A stretch of DNA of 64,000 bases from a bacterium (GCA_035530295.1 DATKVB010000003.1:85110-149109); one strand, 5' to 3'. Counted from the stretch's first letter, positions 47,406 through 56,046 are shown. Program-made: numbers and translations. Notes: a model not told the origin generated them from the sequence alone.

Positions 47406-47496
47406 CTCGATGTTCCCCTCCTCTGATCTTCTTTTACGATTATCGGAATGGGGATGCCGGGCTTGAGTGTCTGATATGGAAATTCGGTCATTGTGT

Positions 47497-48006
47497 TCAT
47501 TCGTCTCCGAGGGTGCCGGTCTCGTGCCATGTTTCGACGACCCTGAAGGCATCGTTGATGCGGGCGCTTGTCTCCGTCGCGTTCCTGAGCGCGTCGGGCG
47601 TCGAGCCGTGGCGGTCCGGGTGGTGTTCCTTGAGCAGCCGCTTGTATGTTGCCTTGGCCTGGGCGAATGTCGCGCCGTAGGAAAGGCCTAGAACCCGGTA
47701 TGCCGCCAGCAGCTTCTGTGGAGGCCCTTGCGGCGTGTCGACGGGCCTTGCGCGGGAGGACCGGGCCTGCTCTTCGGCTCGAGCCCTGGCATCACGCTCG
47801 CGCCGGATTCGCTCCTGGGCCTCGCGGTCATCATCCAGGTACGCGTCGAGCTCCTCCATCGCCTCGTCGAGGAACGGGTCGGCGGAGCGGACATGGGGGT
47901 TGCCTTGGGTGGCGTCACGAACCGGTCCGGAATCCGGGCCATCGGACGCTATCCACGATCGCAGGAGATCGCCAAAACGGTCAAACAGTTGATCGACGCT
48001 CGACAT
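47497..48006 (-). CDS. J-domain (DnaJ-like) protein
   Basis: C-terminal J domain LLAAYRVLGLSYGATFAQAKATYKRLLKEHHPDRHG with the HPD tripeptide. The N-terminal start is uncertain (ATG 48006 preferred over 48090). Confidence 0.65.
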   Translation of the reverse strand: MSSVDQLFDRFGDLLRSWIASDGPDSGPVRDATQGNPHVRSADPFLDEAMEELDAYLDDDREAQERIRRERDARARAEEQARSSRARPVDTPQGPPQKLLAAYRVLGLSYGATFAQAKATYKRLLKEHHPDRHGSTPDALRNATETSARINDAFRVVETWHETGTLGDE

Positions 48007-48007
48007 A

Positions 48008-49033
48008 GTGACTATACTGTACTCCAACACCGCCGGAGAGGCAATACAACCACGTTGTGCGAGGACATCATTGAACAGGTACAAACCCACGGTTGCCGTC
48101 TACGGAGGCGCCAATGTCGACATACAGGCACGGTGCGCCGAGCGGTATCGTCCCGCAGACTCGAATCCTGGCACCGCGTCGATGAGCCTGGGTGGGGTAG
48201 GCCGCAATATTGCCGAAAACCTGGCAAGACTGGGCGTCGCCACCGAACTGGTGACGGTCTTTGGCGGAGATGAGAACGCGGCGGTGCTGGCCGATGGGTG
48301 CCGGGCACTTGGTATCGAGGTGGGACGGTCGCTCATACTGCCCGACGAGGCCACATCGCGCTATGTGTGCATCCTCGATGCCGATGGGTCGCTGGTGGGT
48401 GCCGTCGCCGCGATGCGGGCGATCGACCGATTTGGCCCATCGGAACTTGCCACGCGCTTCGAACCTGGCGACGATGCCGACCTGGTCGTTATCGATGCCA
48501 ACCTGCCCGCCGATACGATCGCGATGGCGGCCGAGCGCTGGCGCGACAAGCCCATGCTCCTCGATACCGTGTCAGCCATCAAGGCGAGCCGGGCGTCCAC
48601 AGTCTTTGGCCGATTCTCGATGCTCAAGCCCAACGTGCATGAGGCGCGCGCCTTGCTCGGACTTGAACCCCAGGACGAGGTCGATCGATCGACCGGCGCA
48701 GTCCGCTCGCTCGGTGGTCGCCTGCTCGAATGTGGCGTCCGTGAGGCGTTCATATCGCTTGGCTCCAGGGGACTGTTCTGGATGGCGGGCGGTGATTCCG
48801 GCATAGCGTCCCCGCTGTCCCTGCCCATAGTCAACGTATCCGGCGCCGGAGACGCCGCGGCCGCAGTTCTGGTCTGGGCTACGGTCAATAAGGCGACCAC
48901 GCGAGAAAAGGCGTGCTTCGCCGTCGCGGCCGCATCGTTGTGCGCTTCGTCGGCGGATGCGGTCTCCAAGTCGATGAACGGCCAGCATATACAGGAATTG
49001 GCACGAGGAGTATCAAGTGAACCACTATCTTGA
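48008..49033 (+). CDS. psuK: PfkB-family carbohydrate kinase, probable pseudouridine kinase
   Basis: VAVYGGANVDI N-terminal motif and PfkB signature NVSGAGDAAAAVL. Directly coupled to psuG with a 17-nt overlap. The true start may be TTG 48071. Confidence 0.7.
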   Translation: MTILYSNTAGEAIQPRCARTSLNRYKPTVAVYGGANVDIQARCAERYRPADSNPGTASMSLGGVGRNIAENLARLGVATELVTVFGGDENAAVLADGCRALGIEVGRSLILPDEATSRYVCILDADGSLVGAVAAMRAIDRFGPSELATRFEPGDDADLVVIDANLPADTIAMAAERWRDKPMLLDTVSAIKASRASTVFGRFSMLKPNVHEARALLGLEPQDEVDRSTGAVRSLGGRLLECGVREAFISLGSRGLFWMAGGDSGIASPLSLPIVNVSGAGDAAAAVLVWATVNKATTREKACFAVAAASLCASSADAVSKSMNGQHIQELARGVSSEPLS

Positions 49034-49934
49034 CCTGAACGATGAGGTGAAGGACGCGCTCGAGCGCAAGGCGCCTGTCGTCGCGCTTGAATCGACAATC
49101 ATATCGCACGGCATGCCGTATCCCCGCAACGCCGAGACCGCCTTGGCGGTGGAAGCCGCCGTACGCCAGGCAGGCGCCGTACCAGCGACCATAGCGATCA
49201 TAGGCGGGCGACTCAAGGCCGGCCTGGCAGCCGACCAGATCAGGCTGCTTGGAGAGCGCGGGCATGCCGTGGCCAAGGTCAGCCGCCGCGACGTGGGACG
49301 CATCGTCGCCCTGGGCCAGGACGGAGCGACAACGGTTGCCGCGACGATGATCATCGCCGCCATGGCAGGCATACGCGTATTCGCGACGGGTGGCATAGGC
49401 GGAGTGCATCGCGGAGCCGAGTCAAGCATGGACGTGTCAGCCGACCTCGAAGAGCTTGGCCGCACCGACGTTGCCGTCGTCTGTGCCGGAGCCAAGAGCA
49501 TCCTGGATATACCCAAGACGCTGGAATACCTGGAGACCAAGGGCGTGCCCGTTGTCGTGTACCGGGGCGACGAGTTCCCCGCCTTCTATACCAGCCGCTC
49601 GGGGTTGCGCGCGGAGCTACGCATGGATTCAGTAGCGGACGTCGCGGCCATGCTCAAGGCCAAGTGGAGTCTTGGCCTCTCCGGCGGCGCGGTGATAGCC
49701 AACCCGATTCCAGCGGAATATGAAATGCCCCCGGCCGTGATCAACGCCGCCATAGAACAGGCCCTGTCCGACGCATCCTCGGCCGGCGTCTGCGGCAAGG
49801 ATGTTACGCCGTTCCTCCTGGCCAGGGTCAAGGACCTGACCGGTGGCGACAGCCTTGAGTCGAACATAGCACTCGTCATGAACAACGCCCGTCTTGCCGC
49901 GGAGCTGGCACTGGCATACAGCAAGCTTAACTAG
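49017..49934 (+). CDS. psuG: pseudouridine-5'-phosphate glycosidase
   Basis: Collinear with the remembered E. coli PsuG/YeiN: PVVALESTIISHGMPYP, GAVPATIAIIGG, FATGGIGGVHRGAE, VVCAGAKSILD, TPFLLARVKDLTGGDSLESNI. GTG start. Confidence 0.9.
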   Translation: MNHYLDLNDEVKDALERKAPVVALESTIISHGMPYPRNAETALAVEAAVRQAGAVPATIAIIGGRLKAGLAADQIRLLGERGHAVAKVSRRDVGRIVALGQDGATTVAATMIIAAMAGIRVFATGGIGGVHRGAESSMDVSADLEELGRTDVAVVCAGAKSILDIPKTLEYLETKGVPVVVYRGDEFPAFYTSRSGLRAELRMDSVADVAAMLKAKWSLGLSGGAVIANPIPAEYEMPPAVINAAIEQALSDASSAGVCGKDVTPFLLARVKDLTGGDSLESNIALVMNNARLAAELALAYSKLN

Positions 49935-49981
49935 GATGGAGCAACTTCAATCGTCCGCCTTCTTCGTGCTATAGTGTGCCC

Positions 49982-51796
49982 ATGGCATCGAAATCATCTG
50001 CCTCTTCGTACGACGAATCAAAGATAAAGACGCTCTCATCGCTTGAGCACATACGCCTGCGGACCGGCATGTATATCGGCCGCCTGGGCAGCGGCAACAA
50101 CCCCGACGACGGCATCTATGTGCTGCTCAAGGAAGTTGTGGACAACTCCGTTGACGAGTTCATCATGGGCAGCGGTGATCGCATAACGGTAACGGTCCAC
50201 GAAGGCACCGTATCGGTCCGGGACCGCGGGCGCGGCATACCGCTTGGCAAGGTCATCGACTGCGTATCTATCATCAACACCGGAGCCAAGTACTCTGACG
50301 ATGTGTTCCAGTTCTCCGTGGGCCTCAACGGCGTTGGCACCAAGGCGGTCAACGCCCTGTCATCGGACTTCCGCGTCGTCTCGTACCGCGAAGGCAAGTA
50401 CCTGGAGGCGGTGTTTCAGCGCGGCGTCCTCAAGAGCAAGCGTGAGGGCAACGCGTCGCGTGAGCCCAACGGCACGCTGGTCGAATTTACTCCCGACGAG
50501 CAGATGTTCGGCGAGTATGCCTACAACATGGAGTTCGTCGAGAAGCGGATGCGCCACTATGCGTATCTGAACTCGGGCCTGACACTCGAGCTGAACGGCC
50601 AGGAATTCGCCAGCCAGAACGGCATCCTCGATTTGCTCAAGGACGAGACGGGCGAAGACGTACTCTACGATGCCGGTTACTGGCGCGGCGACCGCATCGA
50701 GTTTTCATTCACGCACACGAACAACTACGGCGAGGAATACTTCAGTTTCGTCAATGGCCAGTACACGTCCGACGGCGGCACCCACCTGTCGGCCTTTCGC
50801 GAGGGGTTTCTCAAGGCGGTCAATGAGTTCTTCCAGGCGTCATACAAGGGTGAGGACATCCGGGAAGGCCTTGCCGCCGCCGTCGCCATCAAGCTCAAGA
50901 ACCCCATGTTCGAAAGCCAGACCAAGAACAAGCTTGGCAACGGCGACATCAAACCCTGGATAATCCAGGAAGTGGTCCGCGGTGTCGATGACTACCTGCG
51001 GCGCAATCCCGTCGCGGCCAAGAGGCTGCAGGAGAAGATCGCTTCAAACGAGAAGCTCCGCACCGAACTCAATGTCGTCAAGAAGGAAGCCCGCGAGGCC
51101 GCCAAGAAGATAGAGCTCAAGATTCCCAAGCTCAAGGACTGCAAGCTGCATCTTGGCGATGGCCCCGATGCCGATCGCTCCACCATATTCCTGACGGAAG
51201 GGCAGTCCGCCACCGGCTCCATGGTCAGCTCCCGCGATGTGATGACGCAGGCCATATTCAGCCTGCGCGGCAAGCCCGAGAACATGCACGCGCGCAAGCG
51301 CACCGCGATATACAAGAATGAAGAGCTCTACAACATGATGATGGCTCTTGGCATCGAGAATGACATCTCCGGACTGCGGTACGCCAGAATTGTACTTGCC
51401 ACCGATGCCGACTATGATGGCTTTCATATCAGGAACCTCCTTCTGACATTTTTCCTGACATTCTTTGAGGAACTGGTCACCCAGGGACGCGTTTTCATAC
51501 TGGAGACCCCGATATTCCGGGCCCGTACCAAGAAGGAGACGCGCTACTGCTACAGCGCCAGGGAGCGCGACGAGGCGGTCAAGGAACTCGGCGCCAGCAC
51601 GGAGGTCACCAGGTTCAAGGGCCTGGGAGAGATAAGCCCAAACGAATTCGGCCAGTTCATCGGTGATGACATCCGCCTCGTGTCGGTCGACGTACAGACG
51701 CTCAAGGCCGTGCCCGAGGTGCTGTCATTCTACATGGGCAAGAATACTCCTGAGCGCCGCGACTACATCATGAAGAACCTCATAAACGACCTATAG
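49982..51796 (+). CDS. parE: type IIA topoisomerase ATPase subunit, short ParE-like form
   Basis: GHKL motifs EVVDNSVDE and GLNGVGTKAVNALS, plus Toprim FLTEGQSATGS and ATDADYDGFHI. About 604 aa with no GyrB-type insertion. ATG 49982 (ORF track: GTG 49976). The topo IV versus gyrase assignment is inferential. Confidence 0.8.
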   Translation: MASKSSASSYDESKIKTLSSLEHIRLRTGMYIGRLGSGNNPDDGIYVLLKEVVDNSVDEFIMGSGDRITVTVHEGTVSVRDRGRGIPLGKVIDCVSIINTGAKYSDDVFQFSVGLNGVGTKAVNALSSDFRVVSYREGKYLEAVFQRGVLKSKREGNASREPNGTLVEFTPDEQMFGEYAYNMEFVEKRMRHYAYLNSGLTLELNGQEFASQNGILDLLKDETGEDVLYDAGYWRGDRIEFSFTHTNNYGEEYFSFVNGQYTSDGGTHLSAFREGFLKAVNEFFQASYKGEDIREGLAAAVAIKLKNPMFESQTKNKLGNGDIKPWIIQEVVRGVDDYLRRNPVAAKRLQEKIASNEKLRTELNVVKKEAREAAKKIELKIPKLKDCKLHLGDGPDADRSTIFLTEGQSATGSMVSSRDVMTQAIFSLRGKPENMHARKRTAIYKNEELYNMMMALGIENDISGLRYARIVLATDADYDGFHIRNLLLTFFLTFFEELVTQGRVFILETPIFRARTKKETRYCYSARERDEAVKELGASTEVTRFKGLGEISPNEFGQFIGDDIRLVSVDVQTLKAVPEVLSFYMGKNTPERRDYIMKNLINDL

Positions 51797-51804
51797 GAAT
51801 ACGC

Positions 51805-53952
51805 ATGGCATACGTGAAGAAGCTCTTCAACGAAAACTTTCTCTACTACGCGAGCTATGTGATCAAGGACCGGGCCATACCGGAACTTGAAGATGGCCTG
51901 AAGCCGGTACAACGCCGCATCATGCACACCCTGTTCGAGGCCGACGACGGCAAATTCCACAAGGTCGCCAACATCGTCGGCTCGTGCATGAAGTACCACC
52001 CGCACGGTGACGCTTCGATTTACTCGGCCGTGGTCGTGCTTGCCAACAAGGACCTGTTCATAGACAAGCAGGGCAATTTCGGCAACGTGCTGACAGGCGA
52101 CGAGGCTTCCGCGGCCCGCTACATAGAGTGCCGCGCATCGGCGTTTGCCAAAGAGGTGTTCTACAATCCAAAGATAACGGAGTACGAGGAGAGCTACGAC
52201 GGCCGCAACAAGGAGCCTGTCGTGTTCCCGGCCAAGATCCCGGTCGTCATCATAACCGGGGCCGAAGGCATAGCTGTTGGCATGAGCACCAAGATTCTGC
52301 CACATAACCCTGTCGAGGTGCTGGAGGCGGAGATAGACTGCCTGCGCGGCAAGGCCTTCAAGGTCTACCCGGACTTTCCGACCGGCGGCGTCGTCGACGC
52401 GGCCGAGTACGCAGACGGGCAGGGCCGCGTCAGGGTCCGTTCGACGCTCGACACCTCGGAGCCCAAGCGCATCGTCATACGTGACCTGCCATTCGGTGTT
52501 ACAACGGAGAGCCTCATCGAGAGCGTCGAGGCCGCTGCGAAGTCGGGCCGGCTCAAGATAGCGTCTATCAGCGACTACACCACGGACAAGGTCGAGATCG
52601 AGGTGAAGCTGGCCCGCGGCGTCTATGCGCAGGAGACTATCGACGCGCTGTACGCGTTTACCCAATGCGAGCAGTCGATATCGTGCAACCTGCTTGTCAT
52701 CAAGGACGGCCAGCCAACCCTGATGACCGTCAGCGAGGTCATCAGGCACCATGCTAAACGCTTGCTCGCCATCCTGAAATCCGAGCTGGAACTGGACATA
52801 CGAGAGCTGCTCGACGAACAGCATGCCAGGACCCTGGAGCGCATTTTTATAGAGGAACGAGTCTACAAGGCCATAGAAACCAGGAAGACGCAGGCCGCCG
52901 TAGATAAGGCCGTAATCGATGGACTGGCCCCTTTTGCTTCAGAGATCAAGCGCGAGGTCACCGCAGAGGATGTCGAGCGTCTGCTCAGGATCCCGATCAG
53001 GCGCATTTCTCTGTATGACATAGAAAGGGCCAGAGCCGAGATGGAGCGCATAAAGGCTGCGCTCAAGGAGAAGCGTTATAGCCTTGCTCACCTCACCGAC
53101 TATGGCGTTGGCTTCCTGCAGGGGCTGGTCAAGAAGCTGGCTCCACAGTGGAAGCGCAAGACCCGCATAGCATCGTTCGACAGAGTCGATGCCCGGGAAG
53201 TTGCCAAGCGCGACATAGCACTGCGGTACGACACGCAGACGGGCTACCTGGGCACATCGGTTTCGGGCGGGGAGCTCAGGCTCAATGTCTCGCCCTTTGA
53301 CAAGGTTCTTATCATACGCCGAAGCGGGTTGTACTCGGTAGTTCCGGTGCCCGAAAGGCTCTTTGTAGACAAGGGCCTGCTGTACTGTGGCCTGGCAGAG
53401 AAGGAAGCCTTGGCTGATATCGTATTCAGCCTCGTGTACCTGGATCCAAAGAATGGATCTGCCTACATCAAGCGCTGCTCCATCGATGCCTGGATCATGA
53501 ACAAGGACTACCAGCTGGCTCCCGAGGGTTCACAGGTCCTGTTCTTTACGGCCGAGACCAAGAAGGCCTTCATAGTCAAATATGCACCAAAATCGCGCTT
53601 CAAGATCGATACCGAGCGCTTCAAGGTGGAGTCATTCCTGGTCAAGGGAATCAAGGCCCAAGGTGTGAGGATATCGACGAGGCAGGCCCTGGCGGCATGC
53701 GCCGAAGGAGACCAGGGATTGTTCGACGAACCTGGCGCCATGGCCGAGCAGAAACCGGCCGCCGTCAAGTCCGCCCCTGCCAAATCGAAGACTGCCATAA
53801 AGAAGCCTGTGAAGAAGGCGGTAGCGAAGCCGAAGGCCGTGGCCAGGAAGCCAGCACAGAAAACGGCTGCACCTCCAAAATCGCCCAGTGCTGCGCCCAA
53901 GGGGGGGCTGCTCGACAAGGCTTCCGCCAAGAAGAAGCCGCCGAAGAGATGA
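51805..53952 (+). CDS. parC: type IIA topoisomerase DNA-cleavage subunit, ParC-like, with Lys/Ala/Pro-rich C-terminal tail
   Basis: DGLKPVQRRIMH, KYHPHGDASIY, and the active-site Tyr context AARYIECRA. The last 68 aa (53746-53949) are AKP-rich: KSAPAKSKTAIKKPVKKAVAKPKAVARKPAQKTAAPPK. Confidence 0.8.
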   Translation: MAYVKKLFNENFLYYASYVIKDRAIPELEDGLKPVQRRIMHTLFEADDGKFHKVANIVGSCMKYHPHGDASIYSAVVVLANKDLFIDKQGNFGNVLTGDEASAARYIECRASAFAKEVFYNPKITEYEESYDGRNKEPVVFPAKIPVVIITGAEGIAVGMSTKILPHNPVEVLEAEIDCLRGKAFKVYPDFPTGGVVDAAEYADGQGRVRVRSTLDTSEPKRIVIRDLPFGVTTESLIESVEAAAKSGRLKIASISDYTTDKVEIEVKLARGVYAQETIDALYAFTQCEQSISCNLLVIKDGQPTLMTVSEVIRHHAKRLLAILKSELELDIRELLDEQHARTLERIFIEERVYKAIETRKTQAAVDKAVIDGLAPFASEIKREVTAEDVERLLRIPIRRISLYDIERARAEMERIKAALKEKRYSLAHLTDYGVGFLQGLVKKLAPQWKRKTRIASFDRVDAREVAKRDIALRYDTQTGYLGTSVSGGELRLNVSPFDKVLIIRRSGLYSVVPVPERLFVDKGLLYCGLAEKEALADIVFSLVYLDPKNGSAYIKRCSIDAWIMNKDYQLAPEGSQVLFFTAETKKAFIVKYAPKSRFKIDTERFKVESFLVKGIKAQGVRISTRQALAACAEGDQGLFDEPGAMAEQKPAAVKSAPAKSKTAIKKPVKKAVAKPKAVARKPAQKTAAPPKSPSAAPKGGLLDKASAKKKPPKR

Positions 53953-54005
53953 TACGAACGCGCCCTGGTTATCAGTATGCCAACGAGGAGGGATGAGGAG
54001 GGATC

Positions 54006-54986
54006 ATGCAGTACGAACAGGAGTACCGTGAACGCTGCTCTGCGAGGGGACTCGATTCTCAAGCCATCGGCGTTGCCGTACAGGCGGTCAGAAGCCTGGA
54101 AGAACACGCGCGGGGCAAGGGCTTCTCCATGCCCGGCCTGCCGCTAGCACTGGTGGAAGATTACCTGGCGGGACTCCTCCGAGCTGGCGGTGTTGTCGAT
54201 GACACCCTTGTCGCACTGGCCAGGTACTTCACCGTTGCTAGAGCCGACGCGATTGCCATTCGGCTGCTTGCCTACCTGCTACCGATCGGCGTGCTGGATT
54301 CTATGTCGGAGCGTCTGGGATCGCTTGCAGGTGCGGAAGCCAGAGAGAGGGTCATGCGCCATGTTGACATACCGCCCCGCGGTGCACCGCCGGATTCGTA
54401 TCCCGACGCGACGAAGGCCTTTGTCGAGGCTCTCGTCGCCGAGCTTGGCGATCAACGGGCCAGGCGCGTCCTTGCGTGGAACGTACACGGCATACCACCC
54501 GAATCGTTCGCCGCAGAGCGTGCCCACTATCTGGAACTCGGTTCTGTCGACGCATGGCTTGCCGAATGGCATGACCGCCAGGTGGCGATCCTCCAGAAGC
54601 ACGCGGACGACGGCACCCTGTGGTTCGAGCAGAAGATTTCCCAGCCTGTCGTCGATTTTGTCAGGAACAATCCGGAAATCCAGGGTGGCGTCCGCGTCGG
54701 TGACACCATCTTCGTTACCAAGATACCCTACAATCCTGACCGGTTCCTCGTGTCGACCGATCCCCTGGAGAAGCGTCAGCTTGCCTGCCACTGCCCTTTG
54801 GCATCCGGAGCCATCACCCAGGATGGCTCCGGAGTGCCTCCGACCTGGTGTGCCTGTTCCGCTGGCTTCACAAAATTTCCCTTTGATGTTGTATTCGGGG
54901 TTGATACCGAGGCAACTGTCATCAAGTCGGTACTTGCAGGCGATGACCTGTGCCGGTTCGCGATACACATTCCGGCCCTGTCTTGA
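54006..54986 (+). CDS. hypothetical Cys-rich protein
   Basis: 326 aa, with GAGGAGGG upstream of the ATG. C-terminal Cys cluster ACHCPLASG...WCACSAGF...LCRF. No family recognised. Confidence 0.55.
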   Translation: MQYEQEYRERCSARGLDSQAIGVAVQAVRSLEEHARGKGFSMPGLPLALVEDYLAGLLRAGGVVDDTLVALARYFTVARADAIAIRLLAYLLPIGVLDSMSERLGSLAGAEARERVMRHVDIPPRGAPPDSYPDATKAFVEALVAELGDQRARRVLAWNVHGIPPESFAAERAHYLELGSVDAWLAEWHDRQVAILQKHADDGTLWFEQKISQPVVDFVRNNPEIQGGVRVGDTIFVTKIPYNPDRFLVSTDPLEKRQLACHCPLASGAITQDGSGVPPTWCACSAGFTKFPFDVVFGVDTEATVIKSVLAGDDLCRFAIHIPALS

Positions 54987-55035
54987 CTTTTTTTGCGCTT
55001 TCAAGTAATTTTGCCTCGCTTCGGCAACGAGACAT

Positions 55036-55108
55036 TCCCCTGTAGCTCAGCTGGCAGAGCAAGTGGCTGTTAACCACTGGGTCCGTGGTTCAAATCCGCG
55101 CGGGGGAG
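55036..55108 (+). tRNA. tRNA-Asn: tRNA-Asn (anticodon GTT)
   Basis: Hand-folded. Acceptor tcccctg/cggggga (7 bp), anticodon loop ct-GTT-aa, T arm cgtgg-ttcaaat-ccgcg, discriminator G. CCA is not encoded. Confidence 0.9.
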
Positions 55109-55109
55109 C
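55091..55109 (+). repeat. direct repeat copy 1 (tRNA-Asn 3' end, att-like core)
   Basis: caaatccgcgcgggggagc is identical to 55276-55294. Confidence 0.9.
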
Positions 55110-55148
55110 AAAAGAAAAGACCGTCCTTCTGGACGGTCTTTTCTTTTG
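55109..55148 (+). terminator. strong, probably bidirectional, rho-independent terminator
   Basis: 18-bp stem caaaagaaaagaccgtcc / ggacggtcttttcttttg with loop ttct. The A-tract and T-tract are contained in the stem. Confidence 0.8.
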
Positions 55149-55152
55149 CAAT

Positions 55153-55174
55153 AACCCCCACGCGGATTTGAACC
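55153..55174 (-). repeat. inverted partial copy of the tRNA T-arm/acceptor segment
   Basis: The minus strand reads ggttcaaatccgcgtgggggtt, against ggttcaaatccgcgcggggga in the tRNA. Together with the terminator it forms an ~88-bp imperfect palindrome at 55087-55174. Confidence 0.85.
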
Positions 55175-55275
55175 GAGCGAGCGCGCCGCGAATGCGGCGA
55201 AGAGCGGCCATGGAAGGCCGCGACAGCGAGCGAGGCGGGCTGGAAGGGCGAGGCACGATTTCGAGCCCTGGAAGC

Positions 55276-55294
55276 CAAATCCGCGCGGGGGAGC
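55276..55294 (+). repeat. direct repeat copy 2 (displaced tRNA-Asn 3' end, att-like)
   Basis: caaatccgcgcgggggagc is a 19/19 match to the tRNA 3' end 185 bp upstream. The upstream context is not tRNA-like. Confidence 0.9.
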
Positions 55295-55711
55295 TAGTTA
55301 AGTCTTTACCTGATAATGAAAAGATCCCTGGTTAACCCGGGGCTCTTTCGTATTCTGAGGCTGATTGGACGCGAATTGGACGCAGCCAATCAAGCTGCGA
55401 CTCGCCCGTCTGGTCAGGTCAGTAGTACAATGGCGGTGCCTACCACAAAGAAGAAATGGGGCAGGATGGCAGCAAAGAAGCAGCAGCAGCTATGATGAGC
55501 CTTTCTGTCAACTCATATTTGTTCGGGTAATACGGTGGGTGAACAGTAACATTAAATGTCCGCCAGAACCGCTTGATGTAGATATTGTCGAGGACGCGAT
55601 TCGGTCCGGCCGTGGATGCAAGGGCCCTCGTTTCCGCATTGGTAGAGGAATGTCGTTACAGGGAGCAGGGCAGGAGGACATGGTTTTCTCGGTTAGCGCC
55701 GGCGGTTTCTG

Positions 55712-56038
55712 CTATCGCGACGAGGCCAAATCGAGCCGCTTACGGCGGTGTGCGAGTATCGTGGTCTCGGCACAGGAAGCCAGTTCAAGGACGCAAGGCG
55801 CCACGAGGTGGTACTCGACCAGGGTGCTGCGTTTCTCGTCGTCGATCAGACCGGCGGCCTTGAGTTGCGACAAGTGCTTCGATGCTACCGATTTATCGAT
55901 GCCGACCTCGGCTGCCAATTCGCAGACGCACCATGGCCGTACCTTCAGCTTGTCAAGCATGGCTATCCGCATCGGATGGGCTAAGGCCTTGAACATCTCC
56001 GCCTTGAGTTCATAGCGGCGTATTGCACGACTATCCAT
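55712..56038 (-). CDS. ArsR/SmtB-family metal(loid)-responsive repressor
   Basis: 108 aa. FKALAHPMRIAMLDKL, and a CVC motif in the helix preceding the HTH (WCVCELAAEVGIDKSVASKHLSQLKAAGLI). No obvious SD. Confidence 0.85.
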   Translation of the reverse strand: MDSRAIRRYELKAEMFKALAHPMRIAMLDKLKVRPWCVCELAAEVGIDKSVASKHLSQLKAAGLIDDEKRSTLVEYHLVAPCVLELASCAETTILAHRRKRLDLASSR

Positions 56039-56046
56039 GCGCTAAG

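Noticed and set aside
51763-52824. 353-aa minus-strand ORF inside parC
   Set aside because: It is antisense to parC, which has canonical motifs. No motifs are recognisable, so I treat it as a shadow ORF.
55149-55240. A second, convergent tRNA gene on the minus strand, suggested by the inverted ggttcaaatccgcgtggggg segment
   Set aside because: No complementary 5' acceptor strand, D arm or anticodon arm can be folded at the required distance. Only the T-arm/acceptor fragment is present, so it is a partial duplicate.
55365-56015. 216-aa plus-strand ORF after the tRNA
   Set aside because: Its 3' half is antisense to the clearly recognisable ArsR repressor. Its 5' half has no SD and no recognisable similarity.
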